Source: Halorussus marinus
GTDB taxonomy: Archaea; Halobacteriota; Halobacteria; Halobacteriales; Haladaptataceae
Direction: 5' to 3'
Assembly (NCBI RefSeq): GCF_004765795.1
Contig: NZ_SBIV01000002.1
Span: forward strand, 496,001-560,000
DNA: 64,000 nt
How positions within the stretch are numbered: the stretch's first letter is position 1; the number at the start of each line of letters is the position of its first letter. The position numbers and the translations under genes are program-made. Below, in pieces: positions 18,945-29,444 of this stretch. The notes beneath the pieces were generated by a model. The model ran no database searches. It was not told the DNA's origin and saw nothing but the letters and a program-made list of their open reading frames with translations.

Positions 18945-20192
18945 TCAGGCGAACAGCTGGCGGGCGTCGTCGACCGCCTCGAGCAAGGCGTCGATCTCGT
19001 CGGTCGTGTTGTAGACGTAGAACGACGCGCGGGCCGACGCCGCGACCCCGAGTTTGTCGTGGAGCGGCTGGGTGCAGTGGTCGCCCGCCCGGATGGCGAC
19101 GCCGTGGTCGTTCATGATCGAGGCGAGGTCGTGGGCGTGGACGCCGTCGAGGTTGAACGCGACCAGCCCGCCGCGATCGGTGGGCTCGGTGGGGCCGTAG
19201 ATCTCGATGTCGTCGAACTCGGCCATCCGGTCGAGGGCGTACTCCGCGAGTCGCTCCTCGTGGCGCTGGACCGACTCCATCCCGAGTTCTTCGAGGTACT
19301 CGATCGCCTCGGCGAGCCCGACGGCTTGTGCGATGTTCGGCGTGCCGGCTTCGAACTTCCACGGCAGGTCGTTCCACGTCGTCTCCTCGAAGGTGACCTT
19401 CCGGATCATGTCGCCGCCGTAGAGGTACGGCTCCATCTCTTCGAGGAGCTCCTGTTTGCCGTAGAGGACCCCGATACCGGTCGGCCCGGCCATCTTGTGG
19501 CCCGAGAAGGCGTAGAAGTCCGCGCCGAGGTCGTTCACGTCGACCGGCCGGGTCGGCACCGCCTGCGCGCCGTCGAGGAAGGCGTAGGCGCCGTGGTCGT
19601 GGGCGAGGTCGACGAGGTCGGCGGCCGGGTTGACCGTCCCGAGCGTGTTCGAGACGTGGACGACGCTGAGCATCTCGGTGTCGTCGGTGACGAGTTCGGC
19701 CGCGGCGTCCATGTCGAGGCGCCCGTCGTCGGTGACCGGGATGAACTTCACGTCGGCGCCGGTCTTCTCGCCGATCTGTTGCCAGGTCACCAGCGAGGCG
19801 TGGTGTTCCATCTCGGTCAGCACCACCTCGTCGCCGGGACCGAGTTCGTTCAGCCCCCACGCGTAGGCCACGAGGTTCTCGGCCTCGGTGGTGTTTTTGG
19901 TGAAGACGATCTCCTCGCGGCCGTCGGCGCCGACGAACTCGGCGACCGCGTCGTGGGCCTCCTCGTAGGCGATGGAGGCCTCCTGGCTCAACTGGTGGAT
20001 CCCCCGGTGGACGTTGGCGTTGTACGTCCGGTAGTAGTCGGCGATGGCGTCGATGACCCGGTCGGGCTTCTGGGTCGTCGCGCCGTTGTCGAGGTAGACG
20101 AGCGGCTGGCCGTCCCCGACCTCGCGATCCAGAATCGGGAACTCCTCGCGTATGCGCTCGACGTCGAGCGCGTCCGATTGGTGCAGTCCCAT
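18945..20192 (-). CDS. sufS: SufS-type cysteine desulfurase
   Basis: YLDNGATTQKP, NANVHRG, FSGHKM, FEAGTP, RAGDHC. Confidence 0.95.
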   Translation of the reverse strand: MGLHQSDALDVERIREEFPILDREVGDGQPLVYLDNGATTQKPDRVIDAIADYYRTYNANVHRGIHQLSQEASIAYEEAHDAVAEFVGADGREEIVFTKNTTEAENLVAYAWGLNELGPGDEVVLTEMEHHASLVTWQQIGEKTGADVKFIPVTDDGRLDMDAAAELVTDDTEMLSVVHVSNTLGTVNPAADLVDLAHDHGAYAFLDGAQAVPTRPVDVNDLGADFYAFSGHKMAGPTGIGVLYGKQELLEEMEPYLYGGDMIRKVTFEETTWNDLPWKFEAGTPNIAQAVGLAEAIEYLEELGMESVQRHEERLAEYALDRMAEFDDIEIYGPTEPTDRGGLVAFNLDGVHAHDLASIMNDHGVAIRAGDHCTQPLHDKLGVAASARASFYVYNTTDEIDALLEAVDDARQLFA

Positions 20193-20346
20193 TGTCCGGA
20201 TTTAGGGATTGGAGCAAGAACATTCCTTCGGTCCCGGCGACGGTCCGTAACCGCTCGCGGTTACGTCGGCGCGCGACGGGGCCGGCGACCGGTTACGTCA
20301 GTGGGACCGGGCCACCGGTTAAGTCGCTGGCGTCCGTTTCGGGCGT

Positions 20347-20529
20347 ATGGTCTCGAAGCGACGACTCGGCGCGAGCCTGCTTCTGGTCGGGCTCGCGTTC
20401 GTCGGGGCGTTCCACGCGGTGCTGGCCGTGGCGTACGACACGGGACTGGCGTCGGTCGGCGCCGGGCTCGCCGGACTCTCGGTGCTGACGCTGGTCGTCG
20501 TGAACCTCCCGACGCTCGGCGACGGGTGA
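20347..20529 (+). CDS. small two-TM membrane protein
   Basis: 60 aa, two hydrophobic helices, TTAAG about 28 nt upstream. Confidence 0.55.
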   Translation: MVSKRRLGASLLLVGLAFVGAFHAVLAVAYDTGLASVGAGLAGLSVLTLVVVNLPTLGDG

Positions 20530-20539
20530 CCACCGCCGG

Positions 20540-20830
20540 CTACATCCTCAGAAACTGCGCGTGGCGGGTCGAGTCGACATCGAGGACGTTCGCCTCGTCG
20601 ACGAACCCCTCTCGGATCGCCAGTTCGACCGCCTCGCGGCCGACGATGTTGGCGACCGACGCCCGGGCGAGGCTCTCGATAACCGCCTGTTCGTCGACCT
20701 CCTCGCCGCCGTAGAACTCCTCGGTGACGGTGAGCGACACCGCCCCGTCCTCGAAGGTCTCTCCGAGCACGTCGTCGTCACAGACCGCCACGAGCAGTCC
20801 CTCGTCGGTCGATCGCTCCGCGAGTATCAT
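20540..20830 (-). CDS. DUF424 family protein
   Basis: LVAVCD..VLG, EEFYGG, ANIVG..AV..AI..G; overlaps the TPR gene stop. Confidence 0.85.
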   Translation of the reverse strand: MILAERSTDEGLLVAVCDDDVLGETFEDGAVSLTVTEEFYGGEEVDEQAVIESLARASVANIVGREAVELAIREGFVDEANVLDVDSTRHAQFLRM

Positions 20831-21570
20831 CGGTCCCGTTCGTTCTCGATGAGCTCCTGCTCGGCGCGCTCGCGCATCTCCTCGGCTTCCTCGGCGATCT
20901 CCTCGGCCTCGTCGTACTGGCCGAGCTCTTCGAGCGCGCGGGCCTTCTCGTCGAGGATCTCCGAGTTCCGGAGCCCGAGCCGGATGGCGTTTTCGAGGCT
21001 GTTGAGCGCGTCCTCCGCGAGGCCGCGTTCGAGCAGGAAAAAGCCGCGGTTGTACCACGCTTCGGCGAATCGCTCGTCGATCTCGACCGCCCGTTCGGCG
21101 TGTTCGAGCGCCTGCTCGCTCCGGCCCGACTCCCAGAGCGCGAACGCGAGGTTGGTCTCGGCGGTGGCGGCGTGCTCGCTGTCCTCGTCGATGTGGATCG
21201 CCTCGCGGTAGGCGCCGATGGCCTCGTCCCACTCGTCGAGTTCGGCGTGGGCCGCGCCCTTGTTCGTCCAGGCCTCCTGTTCGAGCCGGCTGTCGTCGGG
21301 GGCGTACTGGGCGGCGCGCTCGAAGGTGTCGGCGGCCTGTTCGTAGCGGTTGATCCGCATGTAGTTCAGCCCGACGTCGACCAGTTCGTCGACGTCGATG
21401 TCGTCGTTCGAGACGTTGTGCTGGTCGAGGAGATCGGTGACCACCCGGGAGTCGACGGGGTCGACCTTGTCGGGGTCGACGTCGAGTTCGGGCGGATCGA
21501 GGTCGAACGCCTCGTAGGGGTCGCCGAAGTCCTCGCCCTCCGAGAAGTCGTGGTCCTCTGGGTCGCTCAT
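20827..21570 (-). CDS. tetratricopeptide repeat protein
   Basis: AWTNKG, A...Y.EA, AWYNRG TPR units; ATG 21570. Confidence 0.88.
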   Translation of the reverse strand: MSDPEDHDFSEGEDFGDPYEAFDLDPPELDVDPDKVDPVDSRVVTDLLDQHNVSNDDIDVDELVDVGLNYMRINRYEQAADTFERAAQYAPDDSRLEQEAWTNKGAAHAELDEWDEAIGAYREAIHIDEDSEHAATAETNLAFALWESGRSEQALEHAERAVEIDERFAEAWYNRGFFLLERGLAEDALNSLENAIRLGLRNSEILDEKARALEELGQYDEAEEIAEEAEEMRERAEQELIENERDR

Positions 21571-21660
21571 GTGATTCGGATTGGCGTCGCGCGATGTTAA
21601 GGCCTGCGCCATCGGGATTCGCCCCCACATTCAAGCCCGTCTCCGACCAAGTGAGCCCCG

Positions 21661-22215
21661 ATGAGACTCTTCGTGAGCGTCGACCTGCCCGAGGACCTCG
21701 CCGACGAGGTCGCGCGCGTTCAGGACCGCCTCGCCCGCGCCTCTGGACTGGACCTCACCGACCCCGAGCAGGCCCACGTCACGCTCAAGTTCCTCGGCGA
21801 GGTGAACAAGGGACAGCTCCCCCGGGTGAAAAACGCCGTCCGGCGGGCGGTCACCGAGGCGGGGGTCGGCCCGTTCGAGGCCGCCTACGAGGGGCTCGGC
21901 GTGTTCCCCGGTCTCGGGTACATCAACGTCGTCTGGCTCGGCGTCGGCGAAGGCGGCGAGGAGCTGACCCGGCTCCACGAGGCCGTCGAGCGGGAGGTGA
22001 CTCGGCTCGGCTTCGACGCCGAGGACCGCGACTTCACGCCCCACGTCACCCTCGCGCGGATGAACCACGCCGGCGGCAAAGAACACGTCCAGGAGGTCGT
22101 CGAGACCCGCGAGCCGACCGTCGGGACCGCGACGGTCGAGGAGATCCGGCTCACCGAGAGCGTGCTGACCGACGACGGTCCGGAGTACGAGACGGTCGCG
22201 TCGTTCCCGCTGTAG
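21661..22215 (+). CDS. thpR: RNA 2',3'-cyclic phosphodiesterase (2H)
   Basis: [25 protein letters not shown]. Confidence 0.92.
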   Translation: MRLFVSVDLPEDLADEVARVQDRLARASGLDLTDPEQAHVTLKFLGEVNKGQLPRVKNAVRRAVTEAGVGPFEAAYEGLGVFPGLGYINVVWLGVGEGGEELTRLHEAVEREVTRLGFDAEDRDFTPHVTLARMNHAGGKEHVQEVVETREPTVGTATVEEIRLTESVLTDDGPEYETVASFPL

Positions 22216-22295
22216 CCGGGATCGGGCGACGTTGCTCGGGCGTAGCGACACAAAGGAACAAGATTTTAAGCCACGGCGGGGAAAGGTGGAGTACC

Positions 22296-22448
22296 ATGAG
22301 TAAGAAGTCGAAGGCGAAGAAAAAGCGCCTCTCGAAGCTCGACCGGCAGAACAGCCGCGTGCCCGCGTGGGTCATCATGAAGACCGACCGCGAGACGCAG
22401 CGCAACCCCAAGCGCCGGAACTGGCGGCGCAACGACACCGACGAATAA
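22296..22448 (+). CDS. rpl39e: 50S ribosomal protein L39e
   Basis: [12 protein letters not shown]...RVPAWV..KT...RRNWRR. Confidence 0.96.
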   Translation: MSKKSKAKKKRLSKLDRQNSRVPAWVIMKTDRETQRNPKRRNWRRNDTDE

Positions 22449-22726
22449 TGAGCGCCAACGACTTCGAGGAGCGCGTCATCACCGTGCCGCTCCGCGACGC
22501 CAAGGCGGAGGCCAAGCACAAGCGCGCCGACAAGGCGATGTCGCTGGTCCGGGACCACCTCGCCCAGCACTTCAAGGTCGACGGCGAGGAGGTCCGGCTC
22601 GACCCCTCGATCAACGAGGCGGTCTGGTCGCGCGGTCGCAAAAAGCCCCCGAGCAAGCTCCGCGTGCGCGCCGCCCGATTCGAAGAAGAGGGCGAGACCA
22701 TCGTGGAAGCGGAACACGCCGAGTAG
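22448..22726 (+). CDS. rpl31e: 50S ribosomal protein L31e
   Basis: [38 protein letters not shown] overlap. Confidence 0.96.
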   Translation: MSANDFEERVITVPLRDAKAEAKHKRADKAMSLVRDHLAQHFKVDGEEVRLDPSINEAVWSRGRKKPPSKLRVRAARFEEEGETIVEAEHAE

Positions 22727-22730
22727 AGCT

Positions 22731-23396
22731 TTGCTTCGCGCCGCCTTTTTCGGGTCGTCGTACGTGGGTGTGTTCGCGCGCGCCACCGACGAGTACCTGC
22801 TGGTCCGTCCCGACCTCGACGACGACCTCGTCGACGACCTGGCCGAGGAGCTCGCGGTCGAGGCCCTCCCGACCACGGTCGGGGGCTCCTCGACGGTCGG
22901 CGCGCTCGCGGTCGGCAACGACGCCGGCCTGCTGGTCTCGAGCCGGGTCACCGACCGCGAACGTGACCGGATCGAGGACGCCGTCGACGCCCCCGTGACC
23001 GAACTGCCCGGGCGGATCAACGCCGCCGGCAACGTCGTCCTCGCGAACGACACCGGCGCGTACGTCCATCCAGACCTCCCCCGGGACGCCGTACAGGCGG
23101 TCAAAGACGCGCTCGACGTCGACGTCGAACGCGGCGAGCTCGCCGGGGTCCGGACGGTCGGCACCGCCGCGGTCGCCACCGATCGGGGCGTGCTGTGTCA
23201 CCCGAAGACGACCGACGAACAGCTCGACCGGCTGGAGGACGTGCTCGACGTGCCCGCCGACATCGGCACCATCAACTACGGCGCGCCGCTGGTCGGCTCG
23301 GGGCTGATCGCCAACGACGAGGGCTACGTCGTCGGGCAGGAGACCACGGGCCCCGAACTGGGCCGGATCGACCAGGCGCTCGACTACATCGAGTAA
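22731..23396 (+). CDS. eif6: translation initiation factor 6 (aIF6)
   Basis: [22 protein letters not shown]...[19 protein letters not shown] start. Confidence 0.95.
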   Translation: MLRAAFFGSSYVGVFARATDEYLLVRPDLDDDLVDDLAEELAVEALPTTVGGSSTVGALAVGNDAGLLVSSRVTDRERDRIEDAVDAPVTELPGRINAAGNVVLANDTGAYVHPDLPRDAVQAVKDALDVDVERGELAGVRTVGTAAVATDRGVLCHPKTTDEQLDRLEDVLDVPADIGTINYGAPLVGSGLIANDEGYVVGQETTGPELGRIDQALDYIE

Positions 23397-23495
23397 CACC
23401 GTCTTCTTCGCCGCGATTCGCGATCGTCGCGTGAGCCGAGCGTCCGAGCCGTCCGTCGGCACGTTTATCTGAACATCTGTGCAATCGACAACTCG

Positions 23496-23888
23496 ATGGC
23501 TCAAGCCAACGACCGGCTCAGGCGACTCGTCGCCGACGAGATCGAGAACTGCCGACCGGCCGACGTCGAGGCCCGGCTGGACGATCTGCGCGAACTCGAC
23601 GCGGCCGCCGACGACGCGGCCGTCCCCGAGCGCGTCCGGGTGCTGTCGGCGCTCGCCAGCGAGACCCGGTATCGGATCGTTGAACTGCTCGCGGCCGCCG
23701 ACTCGGAGCTCTGCGTCTGCGAGCTGACGCCCCTGCTCGACGTGAGCGACAGCGCCATCAGCCACGCGCTGTCGGAGCTGACAGACGCCGGGCTGGTCTC
23801 GCGCCGGAAGGAGGGCCGGTGGCGCTACTACCGCCCGACCGACCGGGCCGAGCGCCTCCTCGGCGCGCTCGCGGGGGACGGCGAATGA
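23496..23888 (+). CDS. arsR: ArsR/SmtB family metalloregulator
   Basis: TRYRI..LL, ELCVCEL, SAISHAL..L, RK.GRWRYY. Confidence 0.9.
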   Translation: MAQANDRLRRLVADEIENCRPADVEARLDDLRELDAAADDAAVPERVRVLSALASETRYRIVELLAAADSELCVCELTPLLDVSDSAISHALSELTDAGLVSRRKEGRWRYYRPTDRAERLLGALAGDGE

Positions 23889-24325
23889 CCGACGCGGTCC
23901 GAGTCGGCTTCGTCTGCGTCCAGAACGCGGGCCGAAGCCAGATGGCGACAGCGTTCGCCGAGCGCGAGCGCGAGCGCCGGGGCGCCGAGTGGGTCGAGAT
24001 CGTCACCGGCGGCACGGACCCGGCCGACCGCGTCCACGAGGCGGTCGTCGATACCATGCGGGAGGTCGGCGTCGATCTCGCCGACAGGACCCCGCGGGAG
24101 GTGAGCCGCGAGGAGCTGGCCGCCTGCGACTACGTCGTCACGATGGGGTGTTCGGCGAGCGACGTCTGCCCCGCGACGTGGTCGGGCGAGAACCGCGACT
24201 GGGGGCTCGACGATCCCGACGGCCGGGACCCCGAGGCGGTCCGGGCGATCCGAGACGAGATCGAGACGCGGGTCGGGGCGCTGTTCGACGAACTCGAACG
24301 CGAGCGCGAGCCGGCCGACGCGTAG
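23885..24325 (+). CDS. arsC: LMW-PTP-type arsenate reductase
   Basis: FVCVQNAGRSQMA, TMGCS..DVCP, DW.LDDP, IRDEI; ATGA overlap. Confidence 0.9.
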   Translation: MTDAVRVGFVCVQNAGRSQMATAFAERERERRGAEWVEIVTGGTDPADRVHEAVVDTMREVGVDLADRTPREVSREELAACDYVVTMGCSASDVCPATWSGENRDWGLDDPDGRDPEAVRAIRDEIETRVGALFDELEREREPADA

Positions 24326-24418
24326 CGGCGCCCGCCGACGGGACGCGGGGGCCGAACTCCCGGCCAGCGCCGTACCCGAGTAGGAAGATTCTTCCCTGCG
24401 GGTACCCCACGTCAGGGC

Positions 24419-24595
24419 ATGAGTGAGTTTACTGTTCGCGGTCGCTTCCAAGCCCGAGACGGGTGGCAGGAGTTCGAGACCAGCGTCGACGCCGACAACG
24501 AAGACGTCGCGCGCGAGCGCACCTACGCCGAGTTCGGCAGCCAGCACGGCGTGAAACGGACCCAGCTCGAAGTCTCGGAGGTCGAAGGCCAATGA
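24419..24595 (+). CDS. rpl18a: 50S ribosomal protein L18Ae/LX (absent from ORF track, 58 aa)
   Basis: Manual translation MSEFTVRGRF...ARERTYAEFGSQHGVKRTQL; directly upstream of pfdA. Confidence 0.92.
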   Translation: MSEFTVRGRFQARDGWQEFETSVDADNEDVARERTYAEFGSQHGVKRTQLEVSEVEGQ

Positions 24596-25056
24596 TGGGC
24601 GGCGGCGGCGGGAACCCCGAACTGCAGGAGCTGTCCCAGCAACTTCAGGAGCTCGAACAGCACAAAGAGGAGCTCGAAGCCGAGATCGAAGAGCTCGAAG
24701 CCGAGAAGACCGAGATCGACGACGCGATCGACACGCTCGGCGCGCTCGACACCGGCTCGGTCGTGCAGGTGCCCCTCGGCGGCGGCGCGCACGTCCACGC
24801 CGAAGTCCAGGACCTCGACGAGGTCGTCGTCGAACTCGGCGGCGGCTTTGCGGCCGAGCGCGCGGAGGACGACGCGGTCGACACCCTCGAAACGAAACAG
24901 GAAACCCTCGACGACCGCATCGACGAGCTCGAAGACGAGGTCGACGAGGTCGACGAGGAGAGCTCCAAGCTGGAGGAGAAGGCCCAGCAGCTCCAACAAC
25001 AGCAGATGCAACAGCAGATGCAGCAGATGCAGGGGCAGGGCGACGACGACGAGTAA
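24592..25056 (+). CDS. pfdA: prefoldin subunit alpha
   Basis: Coiled coils flanking VQVPLGGGAHV...VELGGG; Q/M-rich tail. Confidence 0.93.
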   Translation: MMGGGGGNPELQELSQQLQELEQHKEELEAEIEELEAEKTEIDDAIDTLGALDTGSVVQVPLGGGAHVHAEVQDLDEVVVELGGGFAAERAEDDAVDTLETKQETLDDRIDELEDEVDEVDEESSKLEEKAQQLQQQQMQQQMQQMQGQGDDDE

Positions 25057-25062
25057 TCGGCG

Positions 25063-26145
25063 ATGTTCGACAGTCTGAAGGACAAGCTCGGGAGTTTCCG
25101 GAGCGACGTCGAGGAGACAACCGAGGAGAAAGCGGAGGAGGCTGAGGCCGACGCTGAGGCCGAAGCCGACGCCGAAGGTGGGGGAGCCGAGAGCGCCGAC
25201 GCCGAGCCGGAGGCGTCGGCCGAATCGGAGACGAGCGAGGACGACTCCTCGTCGGGCGGGTTCGCCCAGAAGGCAAAGTCGTTCGCCAAGGGCGAGATCG
25301 TCATCGAGGAACAGGACCTCGAAGACCCGCTCTGGGAGCTCGAGATGGCGCTGTTAGAGAGCGACGTCGAAGTGAGCGTCGCCGACGAGATCCTCGAGAA
25401 CATCCGGAAGGACCTCGTGGGCGCGACCCGGTCGTTCAGCGACGAGACCGCCGACGTGGTCGAGCAGGCGCTCCACGACTCGCTGTTGAAGGTCATCTCG
25501 GTCGGGCAGTTCGACTTCGACCAGCGGATCGCCGAGGCCGACAAGCCCGTCACCATCATCTTCACCGGTGTCAACGGGGTCGGCAAGACCACCACCATCG
25601 CGAAACTCGCGAAGTACCTCGAAGATCGGGGGCTCTCGACGGTGCTGGCCAACGGCGACACCTACCGGGCGGGCGCCAACGAGCAGATCCAGGAGCACGC
25701 CGAGAACCTCGACAAGCGAGTGATCACCCACGAGCAGGGCGGCGACCCGGCGGCGGTCATCTACGACGCCGTCGAGTACGCCGACTCGAACGACATCGAC
25801 GTGGTGCTGGGCGACACCGCCGGACGGCTCCACACCGACGAGGGGCTGATGGACCAACTCGAGAAGATCGGCCGCGTGGTCGGGCCCGACATGACCCTGT
25901 TCGTCGACGAAGCCGTCGCCGGACAGGACGCGGTCCAGCGCGCAAAGCAGTTCAACGACGCCGCCGAGATCGACGGCGCGGTGCTGACGAAGGCCGACGC
26001 CGACTCGCAGGGCGGGGCGGCGATCTCCATCGCGCACGTCACCGGCAAGCCGATTCTCTTTCTGGGCGTCGGGCAGGGGTACGACGATCTCGAACAGTTC
26101 GATCCCGAGGAACTGGTCGGTCGGCTCCTCGGCGACGAGTCGTAA
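25063..26145 (+). CDS. ftsY: SRP receptor FtsY
   Basis: Acidic N-domain, GVNGVGKTT, DTYRAGA, DTAGR, TKAD, GVGQ.YDDL. Confidence 0.97.
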   Translation: MFDSLKDKLGSFRSDVEETTEEKAEEAEADAEAEADAEGGGAESADAEPEASAESETSEDDSSSGGFAQKAKSFAKGEIVIEEQDLEDPLWELEMALLESDVEVSVADEILENIRKDLVGATRSFSDETADVVEQALHDSLLKVISVGQFDFDQRIAEADKPVTIIFTGVNGVGKTTTIAKLAKYLEDRGLSTVLANGDTYRAGANEQIQEHAENLDKRVITHEQGGDPAAVIYDAVEYADSNDIDVVLGDTAGRLHTDEGLMDQLEKIGRVVGPDMTLFVDEAVAGQDAVQRAKQFNDAAEIDGAVLTKADADSQGGAAISIAHVTGKPILFLGVGQGYDDLEQFDPEELVGRLLGDES

Positions 26146-26151
26146 CCCCGT

Positions 26152-26421
26152 CTACCGCCGACGGATCGCGACGGCGGCGTTCACTACGATGAGCGCCGTC
26201 GCCACGAGCCCCAGCGTGAACAGCTCTGCCGGTAGGTGCCGAAAGAGCACCCAGTACGACAGCGAGAGGGCGGCCAGCGCCACGACGATGCTGTAGGCGT
26301 CGGCCGCCAGTTCTCCGACCACGTCGGCGGGCGACTGCCCTCGGGGGTCGCCCGTCACGTCCGCGCGTTCACCGTCCGTTACTACCGAGTTATCGCGTGC
26401 CTTGTTTAAATCGCGTGCCAT
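26152..26421 (-). CDS. small two-TM membrane protein
   Basis: Two hydrophobic helices; start uncertain. Confidence 0.5.
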   Translation of the reverse strand: MARDLNKARDNSVVTDGERADVTGDPRGQSPADVVGELAADAYSIVVALAALSLSYWVLFRHLPAELFTLGLVATALIVVNAAVAIRRR

Positions 26422-26655
26422 ACATTGAATGAGGACGGGCGTGGATTTCTGACCGAACGTGATAAGCGTACCGGCCGTGAGCCTCGGGGTGAGACCGCGT
26501 CTCGTCGTCTCCCGATCGTCGGATCGACAGACGATGAGCCCGACGCGGGAGCGCCCGACCCCGCTCCGGGACCGCGAGACCGGCGAGCGAGCCCCGCGCC
26601 CCGAGACAGTTCAGAAAAAGGCTTTAACGCCCGCGCGATCTATCGTTCAACAACG

Positions 26656-28041
26656 ATGGTACTCGACGATTTGGGCACCTCTCTCCGCGACTCTCTCGGC
26701 AAGCTCAGCGGGCAGTCCCGCGTGACCGAGGAGGACGTGGAGGAGATCGTCAAAGAGATTCAGCGGTCGCTCCTGCAGGCCGACGTCGAGGTCGGCCTCG
26801 TGATGGAGCTGTCGGACTCCATCAAGGAGCGCGCGCTGGAGGAAGACGCACCCGGCGGAACGTCGGCCCGCGACCACGTCCTCAGCATCGTCTACGAGGA
26901 GATGGTGGCGCTGGTCGGCGAGAGCATGGAGCTCCCGCTCGAAGAACAGACGATCCTGCTCGCCGGCCTCCAAGGGTCGGGGAAGACCACCACGTCCGCG
27001 AAGATGGCGTGGTGGTTCGCGAAGAAGGGCCTGCGGCCGGCGGTCATCCAGACCGACACCTTCCGGCCCGGCGCCTACGAGCAGGCCGAGGAGATGACCG
27101 CGCGCGCCGAGGTCGACTTCTACGGCGATCCCGACGCCGAGGACCCGGTCGAGATCGCCCGCGAGGGGCTCGAAGCGACCAGCGACGCCGACGTTCACAT
27201 CGTCGACACCGCGGGCCGCCACGCGCTCGAAGACGACCTCATCGACGAGATCGAGCAGATCGAGGGCGTCGTCGAGCCCGACCGGAGTCTGCTGGTGCTC
27301 GACGCCGCCATCGGGCAGGGCGCGAAAGATCAGGCCAGCCAGTTCGAGGAGTCGATCGGGATCGACGGCGTGGTGATCACGAAGCTCGACGGCACCGCGA
27401 AAGGTGGGGGCGCGCTGACCGCGGTCGACGAGACCGGCTCGGCCATCGCGTTCCTCGGGACCGGCGAGGAGGTCCGGGACATAGAGCGATTCGAGCCCTC
27501 GGGGTTCATCTCGCGACTGCTCGGGATGGGCGACCTCAAACAGCTCACCGAGCGCGTCGAGCGCGCGATGGAGGAGACCCAGGAGGAAGACGAAGACTGG
27601 GACCCCGAGGACATGATGAAAGGTGAGTTCACCCTGAAGGACATGCGCCGCCAGATGCAGGCGATGAACAACATGGGGCCCCTCGATCAGGTGATGGACA
27701 TGATCCCCGGGATGGGCGGCGGCCTGATGGACGAACTCCCCGACGACGCGATGGACGTGACCCAAGACCGGATGCGGAGCTTCGAGGTCATCATGGACTC
27801 GATGACCGAAAACGAGCTCGAAAACCCCCGGTCGATCGGCGCGAGTCAGGTCGAGCGCATCGCTCGCGGGAGCGGGAAAGACGAAGAGACGGTCCGTGAG
27901 CTCCTCGAACAGCACAAGATGATGTCCCAGACGCTCAAGCAGTTCCAGGGCATGGGGCAGGGCAACATGGAGCGCATGATGAAAAAGATGCAGGAGGGCG
28001 GCGGCGGTGGCGGCGGCATGGGCGGGATGGGGCCCTTCTAA
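26656..28041 (+). CDS. srp54: signal recognition particle protein Srp54
   Basis: [28 protein letters not shown]-domain; ATG 33 nt after TTTAA. Confidence 0.97.
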   Translation: MVLDDLGTSLRDSLGKLSGQSRVTEEDVEEIVKEIQRSLLQADVEVGLVMELSDSIKERALEEDAPGGTSARDHVLSIVYEEMVALVGESMELPLEEQTILLAGLQGSGKTTTSAKMAWWFAKKGLRPAVIQTDTFRPGAYEQAEEMTARAEVDFYGDPDAEDPVEIAREGLEATSDADVHIVDTAGRHALEDDLIDEIEQIEGVVEPDRSLLVLDAAIGQGAKDQASQFEESIGIDGVVITKLDGTAKGGGALTAVDETGSAIAFLGTGEEVRDIERFEPSGFISRLLGMGDLKQLTERVERAMEETQEEDEDWDPEDMMKGEFTLKDMRRQMQAMNNMGPLDQVMDMIPGMGGGLMDELPDDAMDVTQDRMRSFEVIMDSMTENELENPRSIGASQVERIARGSGKDEETVRELLEQHKMMSQTLKQFQGMGQGNMERMMKKMQEGGGGGGGMGGMGPF

Positions 28042-28042
28042 A

Positions 28043-28210
28043 CGTCCTTTTGCTGCGGGCGGCGCCTGAACGCGCCGCCCTTGCAAACGCTCGATCAAAA
28101 CCACGTCGTCACCCCCTCTCTCGCTTGGAGAGCGCGGAGCGCTCTCCTGCGCTCGGTCGAGGGTTCCTCGGGCCGCTCGCTCCCTTCGGTCGCTCGCGGT
28201 GGGACCGCTT
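28043..28210 (+). repeat. modular palindromic intergenic element, copy 3
   Basis: CGTCCTTTTGCTGCGGGCGGCGC-loop-GCGCCGCCCTTGCAAACGCTCGATCAAAACCAC, nearly identical to copy 1; CCGCTCGCTC-CCTTCGG-TCGCTCGCGG. Confidence 0.85.
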
Positions 28211-28302
28211 GGTGCTCGCAAGAGTGTTCGACGATCGTGTTCGGTCGACTGAGACGCGCTGACACGCCGCCTTTTTGTCGCGCCGACGTGACCTACCGCT
28301 GA

Positions 28303-28881
28303 ATGTCCGTCCGCGACGTCGCCGCCCAGGCCTACCGGGAAGCCCTCCCCGCGCTGGCGGTCAGCGCGGTCGGCGGCCTGTTCGCGGGGCTCGTTCTCGG
28401 CGGGATGCGCGGCGAACTCCGGGAGGTCTCGGGGCTGTTGGTGCTGGTGCCGGCGCTGCTGGCAACCCGGGGGAACGTCTACGGCGCGATGGGCGCGAAG
28501 CTCTCGACCGCGCTCCACCAGGGGCTCGTCGAGCCGAAAGCGATCCCCGACGACCGACGGGTGTACGCCGCGGTCAGCGCCGCGATGCTCAACGGCGTCG
28601 CGATCAGCGTCTTCGCGGCCGGGGTCGCCTACGCGGTGCTGGTCGCGCTGGGTCGCCCGCGGGCGTCGCTGGTCGCGCTCGCGGCCATCGCGCTCGTCGC
28701 CGGCGTCCTCTCGGGCATCGCGCTGACGGTCACCGTCGTCGCGGTCGCGTTCGCGGGCTATCGGCGCGGACTTAACCCCGACACGCTGGTCGGGCCGGTC
28801 GTCACGACCACCGGCGACGTGTTCGGGATGGCCGCGCTGCTGGCGGCGGTCAGGCTGATACTGGCGCTCGGGGGTGGGTAG
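28303..28881 (+). CDS. MgtE-type divalent cation transporter, first half
   Basis: PALLATRGNVYG...LSTALH.G, NPD...GPVVTT.GD. Confidence 0.88.
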   Translation: MSVRDVAAQAYREALPALAVSAVGGLFAGLVLGGMRGELREVSGLLVLVPALLATRGNVYGAMGAKLSTALHQGLVEPKAIPDDRRVYAAVSAAMLNGVAISVFAAGVAYAVLVALGRPRASLVALAAIALVAGVLSGIALTVTVVAVAFAGYRRGLNPDTLVGPVVTTTGDVFGMAALLAAVRLILALGGG

Positions 28882-29436
28882 ATGGCGAACTGGACCGTTC
28901 GCGGGATCACCCGGGCGATGCTACCGCTGCTCGTCGTGCTCGCGATCGTCGAGATCGGGAGCGGACTCGTCCTCGACACGTTCGAGGCCGAACTGCTTCG
29001 GTACCCCTCCCTGCTGATCCTCGTCCCCGTGATGATCGGCACCGCGGGCAACCTCGGGAGCATTCTGGCCGCGCGGCTCTCGACCGCGTTTCACCTCGGG
29101 ACGCTGTCGTTCGACCCCGCCGACGACGATCTGGCGGGCAACGCGGTCGCCACGGTCGCGCTCGCGGCCACCGTCTTCCCGATGGTCGGGGTCGGCGCGT
29201 GGGGGCTGGCCGCCCTCACGGGCGGCGCGGCGCTGTTCGTCGGCACCGTGGTCGCGGTCTCGGTGATCTCCGGGCTCGCGCTGGCGGTGCTCGCGGTGGT
29301 CGTGACCGTCGCCGCGACCTACGCCGCCTATCGGTTCGAACTCGATCCCGACGACGTTGTGATCCCAGTGGTGACGAACGTCTGTGACGTGCTCGGCGTG
29401 GTGGTGCTGTTCGTCGTGGTGCGGCTGATAGTGTAG
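28882..29436 (+). CDS. MgtE-type divalent cation transporter, second half
   Basis: PV.IG.AGNLGSI...LSTAFHLG, DPDDVVIPVVTN.CD. Confidence 0.88.
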   Translation: MANWTVRGITRAMLPLLVVLAIVEIGSGLVLDTFEAELLRYPSLLILVPVMIGTAGNLGSILAARLSTAFHLGTLSFDPADDDLAGNAVATVALAATVFPMVGVGAWGLAALTGGAALFVGTVVAVSVISGLALAVLAVVVTVAATYAAYRFELDPDDVVIPVVTNVCDVLGVVVLFVVVRLIV

Positions 29437-29444
29437 GCGAGCCC

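Noticed and set aside
28050..28302. Small ORFs inside repeat copies (also 15921-16166, 33944-34225, 4699-4935)
   Set aside because: Translations of the palindromic element with non-halophilic composition and inconsistent frames.
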